From Amoebophrya sp. A120 (lineage: Eukaryota; Protista; Dinoflagellata), in NCBI GenBank assembly GCA_905178155.1, contig CAJINV010000011.1, positions 1,757,216 to 1,821,215 on the forward strand: a DNA stretch of 64,000 bases. Direction: 5' to 3'. A program made the translations under genes and the position numbers. The notes beneath the pieces were generated by a model. It was given only the letters and a program-made list of their open reading frames with translations. It had not been told where the DNA came from and made no database searches. Positions within the stretch are counted from its first letter, which is position 1, and each line of letters opens with the position of its first letter. This document shows positions 1 through 11,300 of this stretch, piece by piece.

Positions 1-932
1 GATTACTCTTGGAGCAAGAGGGGATGTGAGTACTACGCGAGGCACAAAAACGAAGATACTACAGAATATCAAAATTTCTGTTTAACTACAAGAAAATGAT
101 TGATACAACACTCACAATGGGGATTCGGTGGATTGGGGTATAATACTAGCTGAGTTTGATCCGTAGGCACGTAGCAAGGGCCCTGCTTTTTCGACGATCA
201 CGATGATCAAGCGCGAGATAATTGAAGGAAGTCGAGAAACATAAGATGACCTGGCATTACGAGATCTATCAGGTGGTGCTTCCACACAGTGCGCCTACTC
301 GGCTATTTATGCTTGACACACATCGCATGGTCACACTCACAACAAAACAAAAACCGACAGCAGGAGACAAGGCATAGTGGCCGCATTCTATTTTGTCACG
401 CTCTCGGAACGGAAACTTTCTTCGAACACTGGAAATGACATTGGATTCACGCAAAGGTCGCGAAGCGCGTCGAAAAAAGCTCCACTGCCAACTGTCACCT
501 TCCGTTCTTTGAGCGATATGCGCGCGAATACCAATATTGAAATTCTGTGTTTTATCATTTCACAACTATACTACTTGAGCATTAAATGCCATTTACTGTA
601 AAAGCGTCTTCTTGAATGTCAATGTCAATTCTCAGAAAACATAAACAAAAACATAACCAAAGTTGCTGTATGCGTTAGATAAGAGTGCTTCTGTGCTGTG
701 ACTCTGTGTGCGACTTCGGCTACTGCCTTTGCAGCTTCAGACGTTTCATACGATAGTGTGAGTAAAATTCAACATCATTCTGAACGATGCAGAAGAGGAA
801 GATGTAGAAGTACTTAATCGTCACGATTTTTATGTTGCCTCACTTTTTATCAAGAATTCGCACAGAGACCGAAGATCCGGAGCGCGGAACCAAATCGAAG
901 CGGAACACGTGGAAGATGACGTGCACGAGCTA

Positions 933-3900
933 CTAGACATGGCCCCAATTGTCAGATCCGCCTAAGAAGTTCTGCTGTTGTGCCCCAGCAGGTTGGTATT
1001 GCGCTCGGATGGTCTTGATCGCGTCGATTCGCGACCGCTCTAGTTGTCGCATCCGCGGTTCCGGCAGCTTCAACGTCTCGCAGAGGATATCTCGCGACAA
1101 ATTGGTTCTCGCGTGCGTCGCCACGGAATCATACCCGCAAAAGGCTCGAAAAGACGGCCGTCGCGCCACTTCGGTCTGGAGCAGCAGCTGTTCCCAATTT
1201 TTTACCTCGGCGTCCTCAGGGTACTGGTTCTCGGCTGCCCGGGGTGGCAGCTTCAAGGCAAGCACTTGAAAATTCCGCTCTGTTGCGGCCCCGTGGTCGT
1301 CTCGCTTGTCGCGAAAATGCCGTGTCACTCCCAGCGTCGGGTAGATTTCCTCTGGGGCGTGCGCCCCTGCGAGTTCCAGATCCTCTGCAGCCCGGTAGGG
1401 GACCGTGTTGCGGAAATCGAGCGGGGATAGTCCGCCGTCGAACAGAGCGCCAATCGCCTTTCGTTGAAAGCCCTGCAGTAGCGTACTGCGGTACCCGGCG
1501 TTCATGATCTCGTGCGGGGCGAAACTGAATCTGTACCACCTCGCAGCGTCTTGTGGGTCCAGAACACGGAATACATGGATCGCACCGCTACCTCCCGTCG
1601 CGCGGGGGCCTTGGTTCTGCTGTTGCTGCGCTTCTTCGTCTCCACTATCCAGCGCAAATATGTCTGGGTCTGGAAGAGTGCAAGTTTGGCATGCACGTTT
1701 TGCATGAGAAGTAGCCATGAAGTCTCTCATGTCTGCCCAAGCATCACAGATTTTCTCAGGGCTTCTCGGTGCCGATCCCGCATGACAAATGCCCTGTCCG
1801 CGTACTTGGACTCCTTTTGCTGCTCATGCAATACAAATTTTTTTTAGCAATACAAATTTTTTTTAGAACCCAAATTTGGATTCCAAACGCAGCGTCACAA
1901 ACTCCACCTTTCCAGACCCAGAGCATATTTGCAATGCATATCCACCTCCACTGGACAAGTAGACCCAAGCCTCACTGCAGTTGCTGGAGAAGAGCGCGCC
2001 GCCGTTGGGCAAATAATGCCGCGTGACCCGCCATCCATTGTTCGGTCCAGGGTTAATATCGGCCAAATGGTGCAACATGTCAACCTATCCATTGCAAATT
2101 TGTCTCAGTCCGGCAGCTATTTTCAGAGATCTCTGATGATGCGTCTTGCAGGTTACGCAAAATCCTGCCTTGCGTGAGTGAGTAGCAACAGAGACAACTA
2201 CCTTGTTGTGGGCACGCTGAAAAGCGATTTCATCTCACACGATATTCATATGCATGCTAGGCCGTGCAACTGCGTTGCAGAGTCCGTGGCGCATGCAAAC
2301 TGAGCTCGAGGACAAACGTCTGCATTCTTCTACCAGACCCAGACATATTTGCAGCGGATACGATCATCAAGATTCGGCGGTCGGACGCAGCAGCGGACAC
2401 CCCTCTAGGCTCGCCTTCCCCTGCAGCCTGGCGGTCTGCCATGTATTTCAAACACGCGAGCGCGACCTGGTCTGCTAGCGGCAAGTCGTCAAAAATCGCA
2501 TCGGCGTCCCGCAAAATGATGTCCCGCAAAAACGTCGGCGTGGCGACATCGAGCAGCTCCGACACCGTCTATCAAGTGCAAATATGTCTGGGTCTGGCTC
2601 TGGAAAATTGTGACGCATGTCAGTGAGCAGAAAGCGCACTGTAATGCACCGCCAAGCATGACAGATTTTCTCGTAGCTCTGTGATGCGTATTTTGCATGA
2701 GAAACATCGTTCTTGCATGACAGACAAGAGGAGGCCTTCGTGGCCACGCAATACAGAGCTCAGAGTCATGCCAAACTAGCACGAAAGGCCTCGCAATCTT
2801 CCAGACCCAGACACATTTGCAACGCATACCGTCGCGACCGACCCAATTTGCCGCAACTGGTTCCAAATCGGCGGGAACAGTCGGTGGGCCATGTTGCAGC
2901 TAACGCGGTACTGCCAAAAAAGCCGCCGGCTGATTGCCTTCAGGACAAACGGACGCAGGACGTCATGGCACTCCCGAAGCTGTATGCCCCACGCCAGTGT
3001 TGGCATTTCCGCCTTGCTCAAAACTTCCTGCACTTCTGCCCGCTGATGCTGCAGCCCCATCGGACTGGGTTTCTGGTCCTCTCCCACCTCCGCGACGAAG
3101 GCGTTGTTTGCGTGCAAGTCGTCAAGCGGATGCTTGATCTCAGCAAGCAGCTTCTTTAGTGGCCACAGAGTATCTGCAAAAGTCACCGCCCAGAGCAGGA
3201 CGCTATCGCATGAAAAAAGTGTTTCACTGTATAGGATTTTGCAAGTTTTGCATCACAAGTTTGTTCTACATCACAGAGAAAATTTGCCATGCGAGATTCC
3301 TAAGGGAAAACACAGCTAAAAATCTAGTGTCTTGCATGTGTAGCAAGACAAACCCTTCGCAGATACATTTTCTGCATCACAAGTTCACAGCGAAACAGTT
3401 TTTTCGCGCGATAGACGCGTTCCGGGGTATAATGGGCGTCCCGCAGATGCATCTTGTTGGCTGCAGATCCGGGGCGGAAGACGTTGTGGTCCAGAAACGA
3501 CTCCCACTGCGTCATTCCCGGCCGACCGTGGTGCGGCGTGGGGAAGTATGGGAACTGGTCGTTGTTCCGGAGAGTCGGCAGTAGATCTCCTTGCGCGGGC
3601 CACGCCGGATTCACTCCGCGATAGCAGTTTGCTTTATTTCCGACCCAAGTCAAAAACTCCTGTCGCAAGACCTCCTTCCGATTTTCTTGCAGCACGTCTG
3701 CACAGGCCCAGCATATGGGGTTTGTCCCCTCCAACCCGTAGCGGGGTGTTGGTGCGTTGCAGTCAGTGCAGCAGTATCGCGTCCGCAACACCAATTCCAC
3801 CCGCTCCTCCCTGGTTGCTGCGTCTTCGTCGCTGAACGCCTGGGCGTAGTCGGAAGCCCAGACCAGGCGCTGTAAAAACTGTCGCCGCGAGGGGCGGTCT

Positions 3901-4163
3901 GGGTGCCCTACTTCCGGCTCCGTGCTAAAACAGGCACTGTACGACTTTGGCCTCTGCCGCAGACCGCGCCCGTCGTCCGTCGGTAGCTTGTCGACGGGGT
4001 CCGTCGGTAGCTGTCGGAGTGGGGGCCCGATGACATGGCCCTGGAGGAATGCCATCCATCGCAGCCGGTCTTCCCGCGATGGGTACTGCGTCAGCCCCTG
4101 TAGAACGAGTGCCACACGGTCATCGTGACTCTGGGCGTCGAAATATTTCGCGCACCTGGGCAT
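933..4163 (-). CDS. Hypothetical protein, 5 exons, with a CxxC-x15-CxxC putative zinc finger
   Basis: ORFs 3324..4163, 2776..3186, 2257..2565, 1863..2078 and 933..1730 join in frame after removing four elements (ERV|LLW, VAT|VSEL, LMI|VDML, SGGG|DEEA). Motif CTDC-x15-CWAC in exon 1. Confidence 0.7.
1646..1940. mobile_element. Introner, family A (TIR TATC..TGCAAA..TGTCTGGGTCTGG)
   Basis: TIRs at both ends; direct repeat TCCAC; removal restores frame. Confidence 0.9.
2086..2360. mobile_element. Degenerate family A introner, now a GT-AG intron (2085-2361)
   Basis: Left TIR is decayed and no 5-bp repeat remains; transcript strand reads ATC|GTATCC...GGATAG|GTT in frame. Confidence 0.75.
2570..2828. 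mobile_element. Introner, family A
   Basis: TIRs; direct repeat CCGTC. Confidence 0.9.
3204..3413. mobile_element. Introner, family E (TIR TATCGC..GAAAAAA.TGTTTC.CTGT)
   Basis: TIRs; direct repeat GACGC. Confidence 0.9.
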
Positions 4164-4252
4164 TTTATGGGTTTACCAATTCACGTTTAACTTCAAACCA
4201 GGCACGTGGGTGCGCAACTTTCGTTAGCACATTTGCCCGGCGCCATCTGACG

Positions 4253-6222
4253 TCATGAAAAAGATCGAAAAAAAACTATTTCTATTTCTGAACCGCATAA
4301 ACAAAGACTAGCATACCTTGGATGCCGGGCCAGGCGAAAACACCTCCGGAGATAGTGATACTCCGTAAAATCGTATGCCGTGTCCACCTTAAACGCCTTG
4401 TCGAATGCTTCTTGGCTGGTGATCAGCGACGGTGCTTTGTCTCCCGTTAGTGGCTGCCGACCAACTTGGCGCTTAGCAAAAAAATCCGGCTGCGTTGCGT
4501 CTCCCGTGCTCGTGCCAGGATAGAATATCGCAACCTTGCCAACCAGAAAGCGGTCAAACTTCGCAAGCATCTCCGAATCTGGACGAGGAAATTGCTCTCG
4601 CAAAACTGGTGTGATGTGATGAAGAAGGGTATGGTAAAGCACTTTCAAAAGTCACAAACTGTTTGCTTAGAACCATCTAGCAACACATACCGCAATCATG
4701 CAAAGAGGAAATACATATAGCTGTCCTGCCCCACGCAAGCGCAAGAACTCCATCTTCGACACAACACAATACACAACGTGAACAGTATGCACCTGCTTCA
4801 ACAATGCTCCGGTAAGCATGGTCCCGCCTATAAATTTCTGGTGCTTCCACGGCTACGGCGAGCACGGCGTGAAGGTACGACTCTGGGTCTGCTCGGATTT
4901 GCGTTGTGTGTGTTGAAGTTGATGCTGCAGGCGCGGCTGCGCCCCCAAGTACATTACTGGAGGGGCCTGGCATCGCAAACCGCGAGCTGTTACAATTTCG
5001 CAGAGTTTTTTCCCTCTCAAAGGGCTGCCAAAATCGTGGTCGGTGAGTGCCACGTAACCGCAACAGAAAATACTCCGCCGTCCGCTGCGGTGCGGCTGAA
5101 AAATTTCCCACTATGAGGGTGCACAACTACTCCCCCTCCCCCTCATTTGTCATGCTGCAAAATACTTAAATTACACCTATCCTCTTGGCACTGTTTACAT
5201 GACAAGTTCTGGCAGCCCAAATAGCACCAACTACACCCCTGTTCAAATTTGTCGTGCAAAACCTGTATTCTTGCCGACGCTTGTATTGCTGTTCGTATAT
5301 GTACAAATGAGGGGAAGGGGGAGTTGTGCACTCTCATACCCACCCCCAAAAGGCCCGAAGCCCACGCCCCGAGGTCCTGCAATTCCTCTTCCGTAAGCGG
5401 CGCGCTGGCTGCGCGGCCACTGTGGTACTGCTTGCAGGCGTCTCCGAAGTGGCACGGCCTTTTGCTCGACGACGGATCGAAGTGACATTTTTTCTGCGGG
5501 AACTGTCGCAGGAACCTTCTCCTCTGCTCAACCTCGTCTGGCGCGTTGTCGTTGCTCCAAGGACGCATGACGCGTTGTGTGGAGCTAGCGCTGGAGTTCC
5601 AGTTCCTGCTTCCCGACGCGGTGGAGGTGGTCTCCTTGGACGTCGTGTTGTTTGCATTCATCCAAAACTCCTGAAGCTGTACCGACTGCTGTCTTAGTCT
5701 TGTGCTGGTGGTAGCTGTTGTTCGCTGCTCGTGGTAAGAACGATCAGCACTTGATGCAGCTCGTCCAGGCCCAGCACCAGCTGTGTCGTTAAAATAATCC
5801 GGATCGCGGTGATTGTCCTGCTGTCGTGGTGGGTTCCGAGTCCGATCTTCTTGCGCGGGTCGGTCGATGAAGTTTTCCGCTCGTCCCCTTCTGGCCGGTT
5901 GTCCTTGTCGCGGTCTTGCGTCTTCGATTTCGTAAACGTTCCGCCTATAGTCCCGCTGTTGACTTCTACTTCTACTTCGAAACCCGCGTTGTTCTTGGTT
6001 GCTTTGGTGCCGAAAATCTCGACGCCGGTCTCGCTCTCGCGAAGCAGCTCGTCTGTGACTATTATTTCCATGTTGCTGACGCTCGTCGCGATATCTTGAG
6101 TTATCGCATCGTAGTTGTCGTTGTCGATATCGTGAGTCATCGCGTCGTCGTTCTCGCTCTCGATATCGTGAGTCATTGCGTCGTCCTCGTCGTTCTCGTT
6201 CCCGCGAATTATACCGCCTCAT
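4253..6222 (-). CDS. Arg/Ser/Asp-rich protein with one CCCH-type zinc finger; 3' end uncertain
   Basis: N-terminal RE/RD/RS repeats and CHFDPSSSKRPCHFGDACKQYH. Joins ORF 4677..5126 in frame across the element at 5112 (GVG|NFSA). The last exon needs one extra T in the run at about 4647-4650. Confidence 0.55.
5112..5338. mobile_element. Introner, family D (TIR TATGA.AGTGCACAACTCCCC)
   Basis: TIRs; direct repeat CCCAC. Confidence 0.9.
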
Positions 6223-7069
6223 TGACTCCTGAGGCGCGGGCTGGAAGTTAAAAAAACCTATGTCGTCCGGCTCTCCAAAATCACCGAAAAACTTTTACAT
6301 CATCCGTACCATCTTTGGGTAACACTTTGGGATGAGTATGTTGAGATATTCATTTATCATTTTATGTTTTAACCGATTGGAAATCATGAAAGTTAGAGTT
6401 ACGTTATCTGATGCACGTTGTCATACGATTCATATATCACTGTATCAATCTATAGCTACGCTGTGTCTTTTACTTTTTCTGTTTGTAGTTCTAGTTTCAC
6501 TTTCAGACGTGAAGAGCAGAACATATTCATTGAGACGAGGTTCGAGATGAACAAATCAAAATCTAAATCCCTGCTGATTGCTTTTTCCTGCATTCTGACG
6601 CGGCGCAGCGCAGCAAGCTGTTCCCTCTAGAAGATGCCTTCCTCAGGTCAGTCTCGGGTGCTGCTCAAATAAATGATTTGCTCTCTGAGTGTAACCAATC
6701 GCGTCACTCAAAACAATCGCTCGGAAGGCTAGCCAAAGCGCTCAAAGAAAAAACAAAGACTAAGGAGGCACGTAGCATCGCCTACAGCTGCAGTATGCAG
6801 GCGAGGAACAAAAACAGAAAAAAAAACAAAATTCAAGAAGTAAGGTCTCCCGACTCTAAACGTTCTTTCGTCTGATGCTCATTATCATTTCATATCACAC
6901 GTTCCTGACTGTCATAACCATAAGGTGGATATTCATGGAGTGTGTTCACTTTGTTCTTTCGGTGGTGGTGCTGTGAATGTGTTTTTGAAAACAAAAACCA
7001 TCAAACTACCGAAACAAGAGAAAATAAAGTCTGCGCATGCACTCTTGTGAGCTCTTTGGCTTTACCAGA

Positions 7070-9757
7070 TCAAAACTCCATCAACGCTTTCCCCACACTC
7101 CCCTCCACGCTTCCCCCGGGCAACGGAAACAGATTCGTCGCCTGCCGACAGAAAGCCAGCTTTCCCGGGGGCGGACCCCCACGGGACGTTGAAGACGCAG
7201 TACTTGGAGTTGTGTCCGTTAAATTCAATGCGCAGTACTTCGACAGGGGTTGCGAGTAATCGAGCTCCTTTTCAAACTGCTGCAATCGCCTCGCCGTTTC
7301 CGCCAACCTTTTCGCTTTCTTGACTGCCTTAAACGCCCGGTCCTTGTCCCTTGCGAGATCCCGGAGAACCGAGTCCGCGTTGTGCACCATTTCTTCCGTT
7401 TTCTCCTTTTCCCCTTTCGCGTCCACACTCCACCCCACGATGGTGTCGATACTGCCCTTGTAGATCCCTTTTCTCGAGTCCCACGTCACCGGCGACGGCT
7501 CGTCCGCGTAGCTATTGACCCACTGTTATCCTGTGCAAAAGTATCGTATTTGTATAAGTGCAAGTCTTGCATTACAAATCTTTTTCTTAATGCAAATCCG
7601 CATTATACAAAGTCTACTTCTCATGCTGAAAAAATTTGTAATTGTAATGCTAATGCATTTATACAAGTACCAATAATAGCCGCGTCCGCGGAGGTAGTGA
7701 GGTCATGGCGGTCTTTTTGTCTTCACGCCAAAAAAGGACGCAACTTCTCTGCCCACCATGCCATCGTGAGTAATGTTATGCACGACGGCACGGCGGTCGC
7801 TAAAAATCTCAATCCAGAGGCGGCCCCCATTTGGTTTCGAATCGAAGAACCTTCCCCGCATGCTATGGCCCCGCCAGGGCCCACGCCAGGGTCGGCCCCT
7901 TGGGAGCCCCAAATCGGGCCCATAGCATGCGGATTGGCTTTTTGCTTTTGGCGGACTTTGTTTTTTTTGTTTTTTTTTTGGCAAAATGCTGCATCTTCTG
8001 GTCTTCAGTCCGCCTCTGAAATGGCGGATTTTGAAGGCGTCTTTTGCGCGGCCCGAATGTGGGAAAAAATGAGGCCCATACCATGCGGATTCTCTGTTTT
8101 TTTCGGAGTGCTGCTTTTTGGGCGCCCATTTTTGGGCGCCGCAAATCGCCAGAAACTAAGGCGGTGGGCGCCTCAGAAGGGCGCCCCTTTTGCCGGCTCC
8201 CCTGCGTCGTTTTATCAAGCGGGAATCGATAGAATCCGCCCGGGCTATTTTGCCGCAAACGCCCCGGCCGCTTGATAATTGAAAACTTTTTTTGTTAAAA
8301 AACACTTCCGGCCGCTTGAAAACTGCCGGTCGTTTTGCGTGATGCATGTCAAAAAAACCGCTAGGATAGAACGTTCGTGACCTCACTACATACGATACTT
8401 TTGCAGTTCATAACTGTCCCATCCGTTTCGTTTTCTCGTTCTCCGTGTATGGTCGCATCCGCGTTTCGATCATGTTCATCGGATTCGTCCGGATCGCCTG
8501 CAGCCGCACCAAAATGGCTTTCAGTGCGCGGTACCCCGCGTAGGCGGAAATGCCCTGCAGGATGAAGGAGAGGAGTTTTTTCGAATTCTTCTCCCCACCG
8601 AAAATCTCGTAGAACAGTTCCGAATACTCCTCCTTCGCCTTCTTTAGTTCAATCGTAACCATTTTGAACTCGTCCAGAAACCTTTTCCCCGCCTGTTCAG
8701 TATCTGAAATGTAGCCTTTCATTTTTTTGTTCAAATTTTCAATTTGCCGGTCCGCAATGTCCAATACCAACGCCGTCGCTTTCTTCACTTCCGCTTTCAA
8801 ATTCTCCGTTTTTTCCTGATTCGCCTTTTTCACCTCCTCCGTTTCCCCGGCTGCGTGGTTCGTTTCCGTCAGTTGTTTTTTCAAGTCGTCGAGTAAACCC
8901 GTTGTCCCTCCGGGGATCTTCTTCACCCCGTCGAAAACTACGGGCGGAAGAATGCTCTGCGCAAAGTCCATCACCGTGTTCTTCGTCATGTCGGCGGCTT
9001 GTTTCAGTTTGTCGTATCCGTCGGTCTCCGTCGCTTGGCCCGCGAGCTTCTTCGCGTCGTTCGCTTTCGCCTTTAACCAAGTCAAGACCTGTTGCCCCAT
9101 TTTCCCCGCTTTGCTGTTCATCACGTCGTTCTCGAACGAGATTGCGGACCGGCCAATGTCAAGTTTCTCGGGTTCTTCCGCTTCTTGCAGCTTCTTCTCC
9201 TCCAAGTCTTTTTTCAACCCCTTCAAGTGGTCCGTGACGGCCGTCGTCTGCTCCTCTAAAATCTGCTTCGAAGTGTCAGACGCCTTGGTGATGATCGCCT
9301 TGAAAAAACCGAGCGCCAGGTCCTCCTTGTCCATCGTGTTGTCGTTGTCTAACTGGTCGTTTACATCGTCCTCAATAACCATCTGCTCCATCTGCTTGCG
9401 CATCTTCGAAAGCATGCTCAGCGTGTCCATGTCGAAGAAAGCGGTGGGTGACGAGGATGCTGCACTACTTGCGGTGCGACCACTGTGATTCTGTAGCTGT
9501 CTTCTCCTAACTCGTCGAACTGAAGCTTCTATCTGATGATCGTCAGCGGGACTTCCGGAACTGAAGAACGAGGTACATCTTCTCGTCGATCTGTGATGGC
9601 AGCTGGAGCAAGCGGCTGTTGTTCCGCCCGGCGACGTTTGCACGGTGGATGCGCCGCTATGGTGGACGTGATAAGGCTCCTGGTCCATCTGCCCTGGATC
9701 CGCAGACAACTCGTGATGAAGCGAAGCGGTGGCTTGCGCCACGAGACCATGTGGCAT
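7070..9757 (-). CDS. Hypothetical coiled-coil-rich protein, 2 exons
   Basis: ORF 8408..9757 joins 7070..7489 in frame (RMGQ|WVNSY) after removing 7527-8412 plus one ACTGT. K/E/A-rich helical composition. Confidence 0.7.
7527..8412. mobile_element. Introner, family C (TIR TAT....TGCAAAAGTATCGTA), enlarged by a nested insertion
   Basis: TIRs; direct repeat ACTGT; 886 bp versus about 150-190 bp for other C copies. Confidence 0.88.
7694..8389. mobile_element. Nested MITE-like element
   Basis: GTAGTGAGGTCA at 7694-7705 and TGACCTCACTAC at 8378-8389 form an inverted pair; non-coding interior; no clear TSD. Confidence 0.6.
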
Positions 9758-10341
9758 CTTGACCTGCTTGTTGCCTTCAAGAATCGCTGAAACTGCAACT
9801 CAAGAAAACTCGGTGGACTTAACTTTCGCAGTCAGAATTTGCATAAAAAACTGAAATACAACTTGCGAATGAAATACTCTTACATTCTGTAGACGATGAA
9901 AAGCGGCATTGTCGTGCATCCAACGATCACCAACGAAAAATCTCGAGCGATACAAGCTAATCGACGATCAAAACTAACATGATAATCTTCGTGTGACATG
10001 CGATTTGATAGCGAGCTCGAAGATGCCTTCGATACCGATGCATCAGTGGCGATAATTGGTATTGCAAAACAAGTAGAAGTTCTTTCCGCTGAGGACGATA
10101 CGAAATGTACTCTTCAGGCGAGCGCGATACTTACGTAAACACGATTCAAGACGTCGTACAGTTTCGAGTAGAGGTCAGAAGTGGAACAGCAAAAACCAAC
10201 GCACTGGAGGTAGCTACTAGCTACTGGGAACAAGATTTCACTCTGTGCGTCCGATATAATTATCGTGACTGGAAAATGGAGCCTGACTCTCTGGCCTTTG
10301 CTGGCACAAAAAATACTTGTGATGACCTGAGTGGATTGACG

Positions 10342-10719
10342 TCAGGACAAATATTTTTCCTTCACTTTTTCACTGACCAGCGCGGCCTCCCGTTCGTCGA
10401 ATACCCAGAACTCTCCCGTCCGCCTGTCCAAATCCCCGTCTGCTTCCATTTCGCGCAATATTTGGTGAAACCCAATCTCCGCCGAGCGGTACTTGTGCCC
10501 CAGTTTGGTCGGCAGGTCGAGGCTTTCGAAAATTTCCGGCAAGTAGATGGACTTAGTTGCGGTCGTACTGTGAGTTTCTGGCTGTGCCGAATCAGCTTCA
10601 GCTAGGGCGGTTGTGCTGGCGCTCATGTTCGTCGAGGTAGCGACGTCGCGGTTCTTGGTTATGACCACAGGGCACGACGAGGGTGCGGAAATTGTGGTAC
10701 TTCGATCATAAACCCACAC
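10342..10719 (-). CDS. Possible small hypothetical protein or isolated exon
   Basis: 125-aa ORF with coding-like composition on the same strand as all other genes; no recognisable motif. Confidence 0.35.
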   Translation of the reverse strand: MWVYDRSTTISAPSSCPVVITKNRDVATSTNMSASTTALAEADSAQPETHSTTATKSIYLPEIFESLDLPTKLGHKYRSAEIGFHQILREMEADGDLDRRTGEFWVFDEREAALVSEKVKEKYLS

Positions 10720-11300
10720 ACAAGTAGATCTTGGCTCATCGGAAAGGAAATCGCCTCAGCGAGTGCCACCGCAATATAAGGATCGCGACGAACTGGAACT
10801 GGCACGACGAACTTAACTAGTAAGAACGAAAAATGTCAAACAAACGAGAAACAGGCTTTGCTTTCAATTTTCAATATCATTTCGGTCTCCACCGACCTGC
10901 AGGCTTTTCCGATCTGCGGTCTTTTTCGTATGCTTTGTCGTTTTTTCGTTTTTTATTTTTTCTTTAAATTGTTGCCTATTTCACACCACTCAAAATCACA
11001 CAAGGTCGTAGGTGGGTCAGAAAAGTTGTCTATGGCGGGTCGGTCTAGTTGTAGTGGGGGTAGCTATGCAATTCTCTTCACGATCCAAAGGCGTTGCGCT
11101 ACATCAAAACCAGTACAATCTGATCTTCTGATTGTTCTGTCTGAGCCCGGGGGTGAGTTCCAGGTAGTAATTTTAATTTTCTTCTTTGAGTCAAGGGGGG
11201 TAGAAGCAAGGAGCCAACATCAGCAGTTTCAAAACCACTCCAAAGAACAGCGTCTTCTGCAGAAGCAGAAGAGCAACGTCGACAAACGGAAAAATAATCC

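Noticed and set aside
4640-4655. Apparent frameshift in the CCCH gene as programmed frameshifting or editing
   Set aside because: One extra T in a 4-T run gives a continuous DGSKQTVCDFLKVLY frame; a homopolymer sequencing error is the simpler explanation.
7250-8275. 341-aa + strand ORF as a transposase
   Set aside because: It starts antisense in host exon sequence, crosses the element boundary, has low-complexity composition and shows no DDE or tyrosine-recombinase motif.
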